Part shown: positions 22,285 through 33,674 of the stretch, piece by piece
Position numbering within the stretch: the first letter of the stretch is position 1
How the letters are laid out: each line of letters begins with the position of its first letter
Source of the DNA: Alloascoidea hylecoeti
Lineage: Eukaryota
DNA length: 55,112 nucleotides
Reading direction: 5' to 3'
NCBI GenBank assembly: GCA_001600815.1
Contig: BCKZ01000026.1
Span: 210,730-265,841, forward strand
Made by a program: the position numbers and the translations under genes
The notes under the pieces: model-generated
Seen by the model: the letters and a program-made list of their open reading frames with translations, nothing else
Databases searched by the model: none
Told to the model about the DNA's origin: nothing

Positions 22285-24678
22285 CTAAACTACTGAATCT
22301 GATTTCAACTTATCTGGACCTGATAAACCAACAGGAATTAAATGTCTATAACTAAAATCATCTTGTGTTGATCTTTTATGTTGCCAATTCTTTAACTTCT
22401 CCAACTTATTTTGTGTAGAATTCACAACATTAAACAAACTAAAAGATTCATCTTCTTTATTTGACCTTCTGATTCTTCTTTGTCTTTTCAATTTTAACTT
22501 ATTATTGGGCCTATAAATCGTTGCTTCTAAAAATAAAACAATTAAAACTAAAGGCCAATGTGTTAATTTTAATACCCAAATTCTTAAAGCTCGATGTTCT
22601 TTTTCATTTAAAAAGAATCGAAATAATCTTAAAAATTGATTTAATATATTAAATGGTGGGAAAAAATATGTTAATTCAGTATTATTAACTGCCATTTCAA
22701 CAACAATTGAACTAAATGTTAAAACATATGTTTGATTTGCATTTGCTAAACTAACTCTGAATTTATTATTCATTAGTGATACTAGAACTGAAACCAATAA
22801 TAGTTTTGACATTGTAACAAAGATTAACATTAATGGAGGACCTAACCATGGACTTATACCTTGATCATATTTAAATCCTTCATTACTAGAACCGAAAAAC
22901 ACATGAATTAATAATGATGACATTTCACCCCATGAGTAACCATTTTTATAACCTAACATTGCAAAAGCAACCAAAAAACCAAGATAAACAACAATAACGA
23001 AAAACATGAATTTAAAAAATTGAACACACATATCTGTTAAACCTGGTAATAGACCACCAAAATATGGGAAAACCGCAAGAAATGAAAAAGCTCTTGGTAT
23101 TAATAAAACAGCTTCTAAAGCTAATAAATCAAATGATATACCAGCATACCATAAACCATTACCATTATCATTATCAAATTCCATAAATCCAATAATTCTT
23201 GTAATCAAACTACCCAAATAAACAAATATTATACATAAATCCATTAAATTTGAAAAATCATCAAGATAATAGTTTAAATTTGCAGATTCATTTAATTGTG
23301 AAAATTCTTCTAATATTATTCCAAAAAACCAAATATGCATAAATATTTCAACGATATCCATATCTTTATGAACATGAGCTTTATAAGAATTTAATGTAAC
23401 CATATATAAAACTAATAGAATAAAATAATTCAATGCAATTAAAAAAGTTCTATATTGTGGTATTCTTAATTTTGCAAAACAATTAATAGAAGATGAATCA
23501 AAAATAGGAGTTGGAGATCTAATTGCATCTGGTGTTATTTTATCCCACATTATAACTTTGCCAGACCATAATGCAAGTGTTATTCTTCTGACTGGTGGAG
23601 CAATTAAAAACCTTTTACAATCATTTAAAACTGCAATTTCTAAAGCACATAGATTGTTTAATGATTCAATGGTTTCAAGTGTATCTAATTGTGATTCATA
23701 ATCAAGTAAAACTGGTATTGAAGATTCATATTTTGCAATAACTTCATTTTCATCTTCATTATTATTTTCATCATTAACTTCATTATTTTCATCATTATTT
23801 TCAATAAAACCTTGTAATTCCAATTGTTTTGCAATATATTTTTCTTCTTCAAAATCAAATTGACAATCATAAGTTAAATTATTAATCGATTCAAGTTGTG
23901 TTAAATAAATCAAATATTTAGTTGCAATTGCTTCAACAGCATATGAACGAGCTTGAGCAATTGCTCTTTCTTCATCTTCTTCAGCTTCATTACTATTTGC
24001 AATTATTGAGAATTGAAATTGTAATACAAATAATGCAGTTAAAATTCCTTCATGTTGATCTGCAAGTCCATAATTATCATAAACTAAAGGAGTATTTCCA
24101 TAATCGAAATCTGATACAGAAGGATTTGATAAAGATAAAACCATTGGTTTAATTATTAATTTATAAATATCAGTTTTCACATTAACATCATCTCTAAAAC
24201 CAATTGTTGATTTTCCTTCTAAAACAGAAGAACCTTCAGAACTATTTTTACCAGTTAAAAAAAATTGATCAATCTCATGTGGTAAATTAACATAATTAAT
24301 AATTGTTTGTTCAATCAAAAAAACTACCTGTGAAAAAGTTAAAGATTTTGGTAATATTGGGAAATGTGGTATTGATCTACCCCATTTTATCGTTGCATTT
24401 TCGTTATCAGTACTAGTTGTAGGTTCTTTACCCTTTGAAGATGATGGAGTTTCTTCATCTTTATCGGCAGTAGGAACAGAGTCAACATGGATGTTGGGTA
24501 CAGTAGTATTTTCCTCTTCATTCATAAAGAATACATCTTGTAGATTGAAATTATTGGATTGAAATTGTTTTTGAAGGGATTTAATCTCAGATTTTGTACG
24601 AGCATCTCGACGATGATGTCTGTCACGAGTCGAAATGGATCTTGAAGGTCTCAGTTTTTTATTGGATGCACCTTTCAT
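22285..24678 (-). CDS. Yvc1-related TRP-like nonselective cation channel, paralogue B (797 aa)
   Basis: Same motifs as the adjacent copy (ERAIAQARSYA, IESLNNLCALEIAVLN, FAKLRIP, SFDLLALE, LKLTHWPLVL); tandem duplicate. Confidence 0.85.
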   Translation of the reverse strand: MKGASNKKLRPSRSISTRDRHHRRDARTKSEIKSLQKQFQSNNFNLQDVFFMNEEENTTVPNIHVDSVPTADKDEETPSSSKGKEPTTSTDNENATIKWGRSIPHFPILPKSLTFSQVVFLIEQTIINYVNLPHEIDQFFLTGKNSSEGSSVLEGKSTIGFRDDVNVKTDIYKLIIKPMVLSLSNPSVSDFDYGNTPLVYDNYGLADQHEGILTALFVLQFQFSIIANSNEAEEDEERAIAQARSYAVEAIATKYLIYLTQLESINNLTYDCQFDFEEEKYIAKQLELQGFIENNDENNEVNDENNNEDENEVIAKYESSIPVLLDYESQLDTLETIESLNNLCALEIAVLNDCKRFLIAPPVRRITLALWSGKVIMWDKITPDAIRSPTPIFDSSSINCFAKLRIPQYRTFLIALNYFILLVLYMVTLNSYKAHVHKDMDIVEIFMHIWFFGIILEEFSQLNESANLNYYLDDFSNLMDLCIIFVYLGSLITRIIGFMEFDNDNGNGLWYAGISFDLLALEAVLLIPRAFSFLAVFPYFGGLLPGLTDMCVQFFKFMFFVIVVYLGFLVAFAMLGYKNGYSWGEMSSLLIHVFFGSSNEGFKYDQGISPWLGPPLMLIFVTMSKLLLVSVLVSLMNNKFRVSLANANQTYVLTFSSIVVEMAVNNTELTYFFPPFNILNQFLRLFRFFLNEKEHRALRIWVLKLTHWPLVLIVLFLEATIYRPNNKLKLKRQRRIRRSNKEDESFSLFNVVNSTQNKLEKLKNWQHKRSTQDDFSYRHLIPVGLSGPDKLKSDSVV

Positions 24679-25498
24679 ATTCGAGCAATAGCGTATACCG
24701 TATATAAACTGAGTTGTATTGATAGAACAATTATTATTATTAGAACTAGATCCAGAGATTTAAAAACAGGGAATCCGTCCTTTTCTATACCCATTTAATT
24801 TAGAGGCTTATCTACAATATATAAAGCTGCAACTGTGTCACGGAAGCTTCTAATTAATAATATAATAAGTACTTTGAATTTATTTAGTTGATGGGGCCTT
24901 ATATGGCCGTATATATAACTAGTTAGAGGTTTTATCTAGCTTATTGTTATGACTAAATTATTTCTCTAGTTTACTAAATTTCTGGTTAGCTATATACATA
25001 TTTACCTTCATAAGTGGTGGATAACCATATAAATCATAAGCTTTATAAAAGTGCCGATAACTACAATATTAATCAATTTCAATTTTCAGTTGCATTTGTG
25101 ATTGAATTGCGAACTGCAAATTTAAATGATTATAAAAAGATGTTTTACATGTTATGCTATGTTGATCATCATGACGTCTGCAACACGCACAGAATAATAC
25201 ATGAAATTAAGCTTTAGGCGAACTACAACCATAACTGTAAGCTAACTGATATTTATTTTTATGGTTTTATCATTTTTAAACTTAGATGCATATGAATTTA
25301 TACAATATTATATAATGATACTAATATGTATCATTAGTACTTGTTCGGAGAAGAAGCTTCTCAAAATTATAGAAAAATCGATTGTAAACATGGATGACAT
25401 CTTATAGATATAAATATCCAAAAATCACCTACAATAAGATATGATGATCATTGTTATGTTAATTACATCAAGTTAATTATAATAATATATATATATAG

Positions 25499-26015
25499 TT
25501 ATTTTAAACCATTCTTCATGATATCAAATCTATATTAGATAGAATTAGCATTTGAAATTTGAGAATTTTATACGTCAACGGACAAATACTTACGCTTTCT
25601 TCCCAGCAGATTTGGCAAGTTTCTTCCCTTTCTTTTTCAATTCGTCCTCATCTAAACCGAAAGGTAATTCGTGCTGTGGGGCTACTTTCCCGGTACAATC
25701 AATTATTGTCTTAAGCACCATAATTAGCTATTGAATACATGACTGAGGAGATTAAGATTTGCAATTAGTTGTGAACTTACAGGCCTGTCTGAATAAGAAC
25801 GAGTTTGGGGTCTGCTTCCATAACCATGCTGAGGATCTACAAGTTTGATTTGGAGGTCTGGGTTTTGCGGAGGGTTATAAGAGGGCTGAAGCTTAGTTAA
25901 TGCTATGTCTTACAGTGCAGTATAATATGAGACATACCCCGCCATCTCTAAAGCCATTGTTTAAGCTTAAGGACTGCTTAGCATGATGTGTCAGACTGGA
26001 AATCAGCGAAGACAT
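25499..26015 (-). CDS. Unannotated 4-exon small protein, 109 aa, no recognised family
   Basis: Exons 26015-25938, 25885-25781, 25709-25594 and 25529-25499. Introns are 52 nt (GTATGT..CAG), 71 nt (GTAAGT..GCTAAT..AAG) and 64 nt (GTAAGT..GCTAAT..TAG). They give one continuous frame from the start context AAAATGTCT to TAA. Confidence 0.8.
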
Positions 26016-26072
26016 TTTACAGTTACGGTTAACAATACAGTTAGGATTAAGGTTGGATGTTGCGGCATCCGT

Positions 26073-26089
26073 CCGGGTAACCGCACGTG
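26073..26089. promoter_or_regulatory. Reb1-type CCGGGTAA plus CACGTG box in the divergent promoter of the 4-exon gene and MDS3
   Basis: CCGGGTAA at 26073-26080 and CACGTG at 26084-26089. Confidence 0.5.
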
Positions 26090-26440
26090 CCCGTGGTTAT
26101 GTAAGACATGACTAACAGCAAAGCACACCTGCAGTTTTTATTATCCAGAGAAGGCGGAATGAAACTAGATGAGACACTGAAAAATTGAAATATATTGATC
26201 CTCGTGGAAAATGCTCGTCCGCGAAGAGATTACAAGAGCCCCTTTGGGTGTTCTGGTACAGCTACAGTAGTAATATGCTATAAATAATTTTAACCTCCGC
26301 CTGTAGCAACAAAGCAGCTTCTTGCATCAACCTGAGATGCCTGAAGCAGAATAATTATTCCTCCTTTTAAACCTCCTTTCCTTTCCAAATCTCTTCTTTT
26401 TCATCTTCACCACTTTTCCTTTTTTGTTCATTCGTCCCAA

Positions 26441-29400
26441 ATGCAAGAACAAGAGGCCCTGGTCTCTCCGACCTCACAACCATCTCATCAGCAATCCGCC
26501 CAACAACTGGCCGACAGCTCGCTCTCTGTTAAATCTTCTTCTCCCTTGAATTTGAGCTCGGCTCCATCCCTTTTACCGGACTCCTTGACTGGCGCAGCTT
26601 CAACTTCAAGCAGCTCCTACGTCTTTGTACACGGTGGTTCTACTAAAAAACTCCCCATTTCATCCATTAACTTTGATCTAGTGAAAAATTCACTCCCTCC
26701 ATCCGAATGCTTGAACTATTTATCTTCAAATCTATACATTTTAAATCTGTCAAAACGCCAATGGACAATCCTAAAACCTGCCCAGAACTCCCCAATCCCC
26801 CAACCACGTCTGTTTCACTCCATTGCTTGCTATAAAAACTATTTACTACTATTTGGTGGTATCATCTTTGATAAAGAATACAACTGTTTAAGGCCTTCTA
26901 ATGACTTATGGTCTTTTGATTTAAATACAAATATTTGGCAACTCTTATCAACTGGTTTAAGAAAAGATATCCCCACTCCAAGGCCAAGATTCGGTCATAC
27001 AATTGTCTGTAACTCAAAGATCCCAGCAAGTTCAATCAAATCTGATCCACTATCAACAAATCATCCTCATGATACTTCTAATAATAACCAACAAAAAAAG
27101 GATGATGGTTTACCAAAATCTTCCAATTTCGCTGGTTTAATCTTACTTGGTGGTAAAAATGAAAGAAATGAAAATTTATGTGAATTTTCAATATTTGATT
27201 TCAAAAAAAGATTATGGGTTTCAAATGGCACCGATTTAATTGAAGCAAATTATAAAAGAGATGATATTCCACAACCAAATTTAAATGATCCTGAAAATAT
27301 TAATAAAGATCATAAATTAGGTAGACATGTTGATTCTGCAAATGTACCTTGTTCTTCTGATTTTTCTTGTTCTGCAATTTATAATAAAAATTCTTCAACT
27401 ATTTTCTTATATTCAAGAAAATTTATTGATGAAAAGAAACACATTTTCAATTCCGAACAACCTTTAATTTCATTCCCTTTTATACCAACAATGTCTTCCT
27501 CTTTTGGTTATAGATCTCCAATAACGAAAACTTCTCCAAACATTCAAGATTGTGATTTAATTAATCCATCTGCTAATATATTTGGTGATTATATTATCAT
27601 TAGTGGTACAAGTGTTTCAACACAAAAATATTGTGTTTTTGGTTATCATATACCAACTGGTACTTGGAATCAATTGAAAATTGATACTTCGGTTGGAAAG
27701 TTTTGGGGTAGTTTCTTATGGAAATCACATCATAAAATGGTTCTTATTGGTGGTGATAATGATTCTTCATATGCTTCAACTCCAAGGAGTGAGAATTCAA
27801 ATTCAATGATTGATTCTGTAGAAAAAGATGAAGTGGAAAATAATTTTCCTTTCACTCAACACTTGAAAAGATTAATGATTATTGACTTAACTGCTCATGG
27901 TATAGTTGCTTTTACACCATCAATCTTTTCAGAAGAAGCTGTTGCTTTAGGTAAAGATGTTCTTCATAGATATAGTAAATACATGTCAGACTTTGAAATT
28001 AAAACTGCTTCAAATACTTCAATTCCTGCTTCTATGAAATTATTGAGATCACGCTGGGGTAAATATTTTGAAACAATTTTATTAAAAGCTTATAATTCTT
28101 CAATTAAAAAACATGACTCAATAGCATTAACTGAAAACTTTGAATCCATTCAATCTTCTGGTGCGAGTATTGGTCATCATGATACAACAAATACTGTTTT
28201 ACCTTCAGGTGCTTCAACTTTTGGTGGTATGTCAATAATGAGCGCTGGAACTCATGGTAAAGGTCCAGCAAAATTCATTAAAGGTCAAAGTGTTTTCAGA
28301 AGTTCATTTTTAGATGATTCTTCAAGTTTGGCCCCAAGTTCAAGCCACGCAAGTTCAATTTGGAGTGTAAGTCAAAGAAGTAGAAATACAAGTACAATTA
28401 GTGGTATGAGTGGAATAAGTGGAATGAGTACAAGTAGTAGTGTTACAATGAATTTGCCTGGTATGAGTATTAATGAATCAAAAGATGATTCCTCAAGTTT
28501 AGAAACTCAAAGTATGAAATCTGGTAACAACAGTAATAATAATAACAACAATCAACAAGAAGATTCTTTCCCTTCTAGAGATAGATTAGATCCAAGAAAT
28601 GTTCCTGGTGTTGGACCAACTGAAATTAGATTTAGTGGTAATATTACTGCCCCACCTACTCCTGCTCCAAATATTCCATTACCAGCCTTACCCCCAGTAT
28701 CATCAAAAAAAGAAGTTAAAACAAGACATTCTTTGCCAAATGTTCCCGAAGCGGCTGAGTCAAATTTAGCTGGTAGACAACAACAAGCTTCTTCTACGCC
28801 TGTTAAAATTCCCGGACCTGTTCAAGTGCCTGTACCTGCCGCTGCTGCTTCACAAGTTCCAAGAGGTCATAAACTTTCAACCGCAACTTCTTTGAGACGT
28901 ATCGAATCTTCAAAATCAAGAAATTCGGCAAATCCTGATTTTACTTATATGGAATCAGTATCAATTCCAAGAGTTTTGTATATGCCATTTGCCCATAACT
29001 CCATAATGTCATTGTTGGAATTTTTCCATTCTGGAACTTTAAATCCTAATTGGAAATTATCTCTTTTGATTGATTTATTTTTTATGGGAAAATATTACCA
29101 AATACCTCTTTTATATCATCAAATTTCAACGTTATTTTTTGGTATTTTAACAAATGTTGAATGGAATTTATTTGAATCTCATGAAGAAATCAGACAATTA
29201 AATGTTTGGTCAGCAACATTATCTTCTAAAAAATCTTCAAACGAAGATTTATTAAAAATTAAATTTCAAAAAAAGAATTCAGTTGAATATGAAAAATTAA
29301 GTTCAATCGCAAAAGTTTTTCAAAATATTCCTTTAACGAGACAATCAATGCATGATCCATTAACTGAAGCATTCCAAGAATTAAATATAAAATATAAAAA

Positions 29401-30088
29401 GCCTGAACAACAAAAATCAAAGCTAGAAGGTACTTTAGCAAGATTAATTTTAGGTGGTACTGACTTTTTAGAATTAAATGTTCAAACTCTAATTAATTTC
29501 AGAGGTAATTATAAATATTCTGTTGAATTAATTGGCGGTATATTTGATATTGCCGTTTTACTTAATGATGAATTATTATTAGCTCGTGTTGGAAGATTAT
29601 TAGAAATTGATACGTTAATTAAAGATCACCAAAAAAAATTGACACAAGAATTAAAAATTCGAAAATCAAAAGAGGCCTTGGAGTCTAATAATAATAATTT
29701 AGCACCTGGTGACGTTCATCAACCACAAGATCATAATAGACGTTTTTCAAATGATTACTACCCAAAAATGTATCCTTCTTCGATGACGTCGGAAAAAGAT
29801 AGTACAGAATCTTACATGGATCCTTTTGCGGTTGATTTGACTGGTGGACAAATACATAGAAAGGTTTCGGTTAGTAGTGATTCAGTAAGTTATGATTCCA
29901 CTGCAGATAGCCAAACTTCAGCTTATGGTAGAAAAGAACGTGGTAATCATAGTCAAGATTATTATATCAATAAAAATGGTGGAAGAGAAAGTAGAGAATT
30001 GAATGTTGGTGGTAGTCAACGAAATGTTAGTGGCCAACCAAAAAAAAGAACTTTTTTTCAAAATTTAATGAAGAAGGAACATAATTGA
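26441..30088 (+). CDS. MDS3: Kelch-repeat/BTB-like negative regulator of sporulation, Mds3/Pmd1 family
   Basis: Kelch motifs (PQPRLFHSI..LLLFGG, PRPRFGHT), WGSFLWKSHHKMVLIG, SDFEIKT..IPASMKLLRSRWGKYF, IPRVLYMPF. Confidence 0.88.
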   Translation: MQEQEALVSPTSQPSHQQSAQQLADSSLSVKSSSPLNLSSAPSLLPDSLTGAASTSSSSYVFVHGGSTKKLPISSINFDLVKNSLPPSECLNYLSSNLYILNLSKRQWTILKPAQNSPIPQPRLFHSIACYKNYLLLFGGIIFDKEYNCLRPSNDLWSFDLNTNIWQLLSTGLRKDIPTPRPRFGHTIVCNSKIPASSIKSDPLSTNHPHDTSNNNQQKKDDGLPKSSNFAGLILLGGKNERNENLCEFSIFDFKKRLWVSNGTDLIEANYKRDDIPQPNLNDPENINKDHKLGRHVDSANVPCSSDFSCSAIYNKNSSTIFLYSRKFIDEKKHIFNSEQPLISFPFIPTMSSSFGYRSPITKTSPNIQDCDLINPSANIFGDYIIISGTSVSTQKYCVFGYHIPTGTWNQLKIDTSVGKFWGSFLWKSHHKMVLIGGDNDSSYASTPRSENSNSMIDSVEKDEVENNFPFTQHLKRLMIIDLTAHGIVAFTPSIFSEEAVALGKDVLHRYSKYMSDFEIKTASNTSIPASMKLLRSRWGKYFETILLKAYNSSIKKHDSIALTENFESIQSSGASIGHHDTTNTVLPSGASTFGGMSIMSAGTHGKGPAKFIKGQSVFRSSFLDDSSSLAPSSSHASSIWSVSQRSRNTSTISGMSGISGMSTSSSVTMNLPGMSINESKDDSSSLETQSMKSGNNSNNNNNNQQEDSFPSRDRLDPRNVPGVGPTEIRFSGNITAPPTPAPNIPLPALPPVSSKKEVKTRHSLPNVPEAAESNLAGRQQQASSTPVKIPGPVQVPVPAAAASQVPRGHKLSTATSLRRIESSKSRNSANPDFTYMESVSIPRVLYMPFAHNSIMSLLEFFHSGTLNPNWKLSLLIDLFFMGKYYQIPLLYHQISTLFFGILTNVEWNLFESHEEIRQLNVWSATLSSKKSSNEDLLKIKFQKKNSVEYEKLSSIAKVFQNIPLTRQSMHDPLTEAFQELNIKYKKPEQQKSKLEGTLARLILGGTDFLELNVQTLINFRGNYKYSVELIGGIFDIAVLLNDELLLARVGRLLEIDTLIKDHQKKLTQELKIRKSKEALESNNNNLAPGDVHQPQDHNRRFSNDYYPKMYPSSMTSEKDSTESYMDPFAVDLTGGQIHRKVSVSSDSVSYDSTADSQTSAYGRKERGNHSQDYYINKNGGRESRELNVGGSQRNVSGQPKKRTFFQNLMKKEHN

Positions 30089-31495
30089 TGATTATTAATG
30101 TTTCTGATATACATGAAAATAAATTGACAGAAGAAAAAATATAAAGATAACTATAAATAACCATATAAAAAGGTACACACACAATTATGCTTGAAGATAC
30201 AGTAAGAATATATAATTATTCGTCTCAAATTTCTATTTGTTATTTGCTTATTTACATTTTATGATTTTCTTTTATGATATTGTCCATATTCATATTAACG
30301 AAGAATGAGTTATATACTATATGTTGCAATAACTTTAGCTATATAGATATAATCTTATAATCATAACTAATATAAATTCCAATTGATAAGAAACAGTAGG
30401 AAATGCCGTTTTTATTATAAGCATGATCATGATCATAGATTCATAATATAGCGTATACGGTATATCTTTGGTTTGATTTTTAGAGGTACTACTCTACTGG
30501 AAACCTATTAATGGCCAATCTAATATAACAAACTTAATATCCAACTCTATATAAATATATCAAGATTAAGCTTCTTAAAGCAAGACACCAGAAGCACAAT
30601 TAGAAAAGGCAACACTTTTTACTAGTGAGCTCCCACTTCCAAGTAATGACTCCAGGAGTGGAACCGCCCCCCCAAAAAAAAAGCAAACGGACTTATACTG
30701 GGACACATGGGCAAATGGTTTGCATTTCCAGGGTTGTGCTCTGGAGCCAATATTTGGAAGTGGTGCTGAGCTGGTGGATAAAGTGATCTGGTTCATTTTC
30801 TAATTGGGTTTCTAGTATAATCTTCAGCTTTAAATTTATCTTTTATTGCTCCGTGATACTCCCATCAGTGCCACAAGCCCATGCTACTATATTACTAACA
30901 ATAAAGTGATTATTAATTTCTACGAAAATGGATCTATTATTGTGCCAATTGGAGCTTTTGTTCTGCTCCTTGATTTCTTTTGATATATTAAAATAACCGG
31001 CACGGCTGCGCGGTTCGGCTGGAGAACAATGAATCATCTATCCAATCTAAATATATCCATATCACCATCAATTTCTTTAGGCCATATATATAATTATAAC
31101 TCTCCCTGTCCTTGCAAAGTTCACCCAGTTGGGAGGGTATTCTCCGCTACAGTTACATTTATATATATATCTAGCTGTGAACATCTTGAAATATATTATA
31201 TTTTAAGTTTTATATACTGCGCAATGCGCATCGTAAAGTAAAAATTTGAGTGAGTGCATATTTACATAATATTTAAGTAAAAAACATCGCGGAACGGCCA
31301 CGGATTTTCCCTTGCAAAAATTAAAAGGCACAATAGTGGTGAATAAGAGTATAATAAAAATGATTTATAAATAATATTTAAAAAGTATTTATATAAGTTG
31401 TATTCCTCTCAAATTTAAAAGCATCTTTTCTAATTTTCTAATAATAATTGAATGATCCTGGAAACAATCAATTCATATATCCAAATTTAAACAAA

Positions 31496-32431
31496 ATGTT
31501 GTCTTTACCAGATTATTGTGATGTTAAAGATTTACCTCCCTCTTATGAAGGTCAAGAGATTCTTCCTAACTATGAATCGTCAATATTTAAACAAGGTGTT
31601 TTTGAAAGACAGGTGGAAAGAGTAACACCATTTGAATTAGTTGAATTCCCACATTGGAGAGAAACATATGTTGAATTAAACAACACAGAACTCTCATTTT
31701 ATGAAAAAAGTTCTTTTACAATTACTCTACCATCTTTAAATCTGCCATACACATGGTTAAAAAAGTCGGCTAACAGTGGAAATGGTCCAGAAGCCAAAAC
31801 AAAGCAGTTAAATACTAATAATTTAACAAAGGATGCCAAAAGATTGAAGCTGATAAGATCTTATACTTTACAACGTGCACAAATTGGTGTGGCAAATGAT
31901 TACAAACACAAACCTTATGTATTACGACTAAGAATTGAAACGGTTCAAATGATCATTGATTGTAAAACAATAGAAAATATGATACAATGGTACACTGCCT
32001 TGAGTGTCGCAAGAGACCTAGCATTGCCTTTAGAGTTGCGGGATATGCCCGAGTGGAAGACCATTCCGAGAGATTTAGGTCTTGAATATAGAGATTCTTC
32101 GGAACACAATGAGGTATTAGATTCGAACACAAAAACAATTCGAGAACAGCCTGCAACTGATTATGGAAATATGCCTAATACTAGAAATGGCGAAAGAAGC
32201 CATGAAAATAATGATACTAGTGTGAGGAGTCAGCAAGAAAGAACTTTGAAATATTTCGAGAAATGTATGCGACCATTACAGCAATATGATCCTTGGGCAG
32301 GGACGATACTTGTTACAACTGATTTCCCCGGTAAAAATATGCTATCAACGTCAACACAAAATCAAACAAAAGATTGTACAAAAGAATTTTTAGTTGGAAC
32401 TTGTGGGTTAGCAACTGTATTGTATTCTTGA
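31496..32431 (+). CDS. PH-domain protein, YHR131C/YNL144C-like
   Basis: PY-like LPPSY/LPNY motifs, WRETYVELNNTELSFY, RSYTLQRAQIGVANDYKHKPYVLRLRIE, DLALPLELRDMP..TIPR. First ATG at 31496. Confidence 0.8.
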   Translation: MLSLPDYCDVKDLPPSYEGQEILPNYESSIFKQGVFERQVERVTPFELVEFPHWRETYVELNNTELSFYEKSSFTITLPSLNLPYTWLKKSANSGNGPEAKTKQLNTNNLTKDAKRLKLIRSYTLQRAQIGVANDYKHKPYVLRLRIETVQMIIDCKTIENMIQWYTALSVARDLALPLELRDMPEWKTIPRDLGLEYRDSSEHNEVLDSNTKTIREQPATDYGNMPNTRNGERSHENNDTSVRSQQERTLKYFEKCMRPLQQYDPWAGTILVTTDFPGKNMLSTSTQNQTKDCTKEFLVGTCGLATVLYS

Positions 32432-33674
32432 TTGTTATTGATATGTGGATGAATATTCATATTGATATATTTGCAATCGTTATTTATATCGGTTTAATGT
32501 TTGTGATTTACGAAGTTTGGATTTCTGTATTATGTGTAATTATAGATAAAGTTGATAATATAATTCCTTAAAAAGGTTGGTTTTGTCTACATTTAAGTTA
32601 AGCAATTACGAGTCTACGATAGACTCACCGACAGTAATTATTATGCAGGGTATAATATATTTCCATGCCGTTACAATTAGCTACTATTAGCTTACTATTA
32701 GCTAGGGTCTAATGCGAGCACGGAAAAGCACTTGATAATTTAGACCGTATTACCATTACATGACTGAGCAATACTTTCTAAGGATTTGTTTCTCTGGACT
32801 TCAGTATCGAATCTTCAAACGATTAATATTTAATAATGACACAAAAATTAAAAACCGCTAGATTAGGAAAATAAGGTTCAGCCGTTTATAATTATAACAA
32901 GAGGTTGAGATCCAGTTTCAAAAGCTTAATAACTATTCACTTAATTAATGTTGCATAATTGGAAATATAAGGGTTTAAGCCATGCCAAGTCCAAGCTTAT
33001 AATATTGTCAAATCCCAATTTCCACTTTCCCAACTGGGAGAATCGGTCACAGTGGAATGATGCAAGACTAAGTCTAGACCTACATAAATTGTGTGTGAGT
33101 TAACCTCTTTGAGATGGATACGTCGATATTTCATTGAATAAATTATCTATTGTCCTCTTTTGCCGATCATTCGATATGTAAGACTACATTTATTTTCCTG
33201 ATCAGCGTATCCTTTCCTATTCCATAACTAAGTGCATTGCGTACACCCGGCAGCTCGGCCATAGTTGGTATATATGCAAATGCATCAATCCTAATGGGTA
33301 ACCGATACACATAATAGTCGAGGAGAAGTACATGTAGTGGTCTTGATTAGACGCATGAAAGATTTATAAATATTTCCCCTTCTGTCTTTTTTTCTCCTTT
33401 TTTTTTTCTGCTTCTTTTTCAACACCTGCTTCTTGATTATCTTGACTCAAAAATCTCCTTCTCCTTGGTTTTCCTACCATTTTTGTGCTTGTTGGAGTTT
33501 TGTTATTCTCTGATTTTTCATTCCATTTGTTAATTAATATTGTAGTTATAATTATAGCATTTTCGACTTTAATTTGCACCTGCAGTTAGCGTTAACTATA
33601 TACACTAGATACAGGATTAAAAGTTAAAACTCAATTTAAAATTTTATTTCTTTTTGGGACTAAAGATTATTAGC

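Noticed and set aside
25552..25734. 60-aa + strand ORF
   Set aside because: Antisense shadow of exon 3 of the four-exon minus-strand gene.
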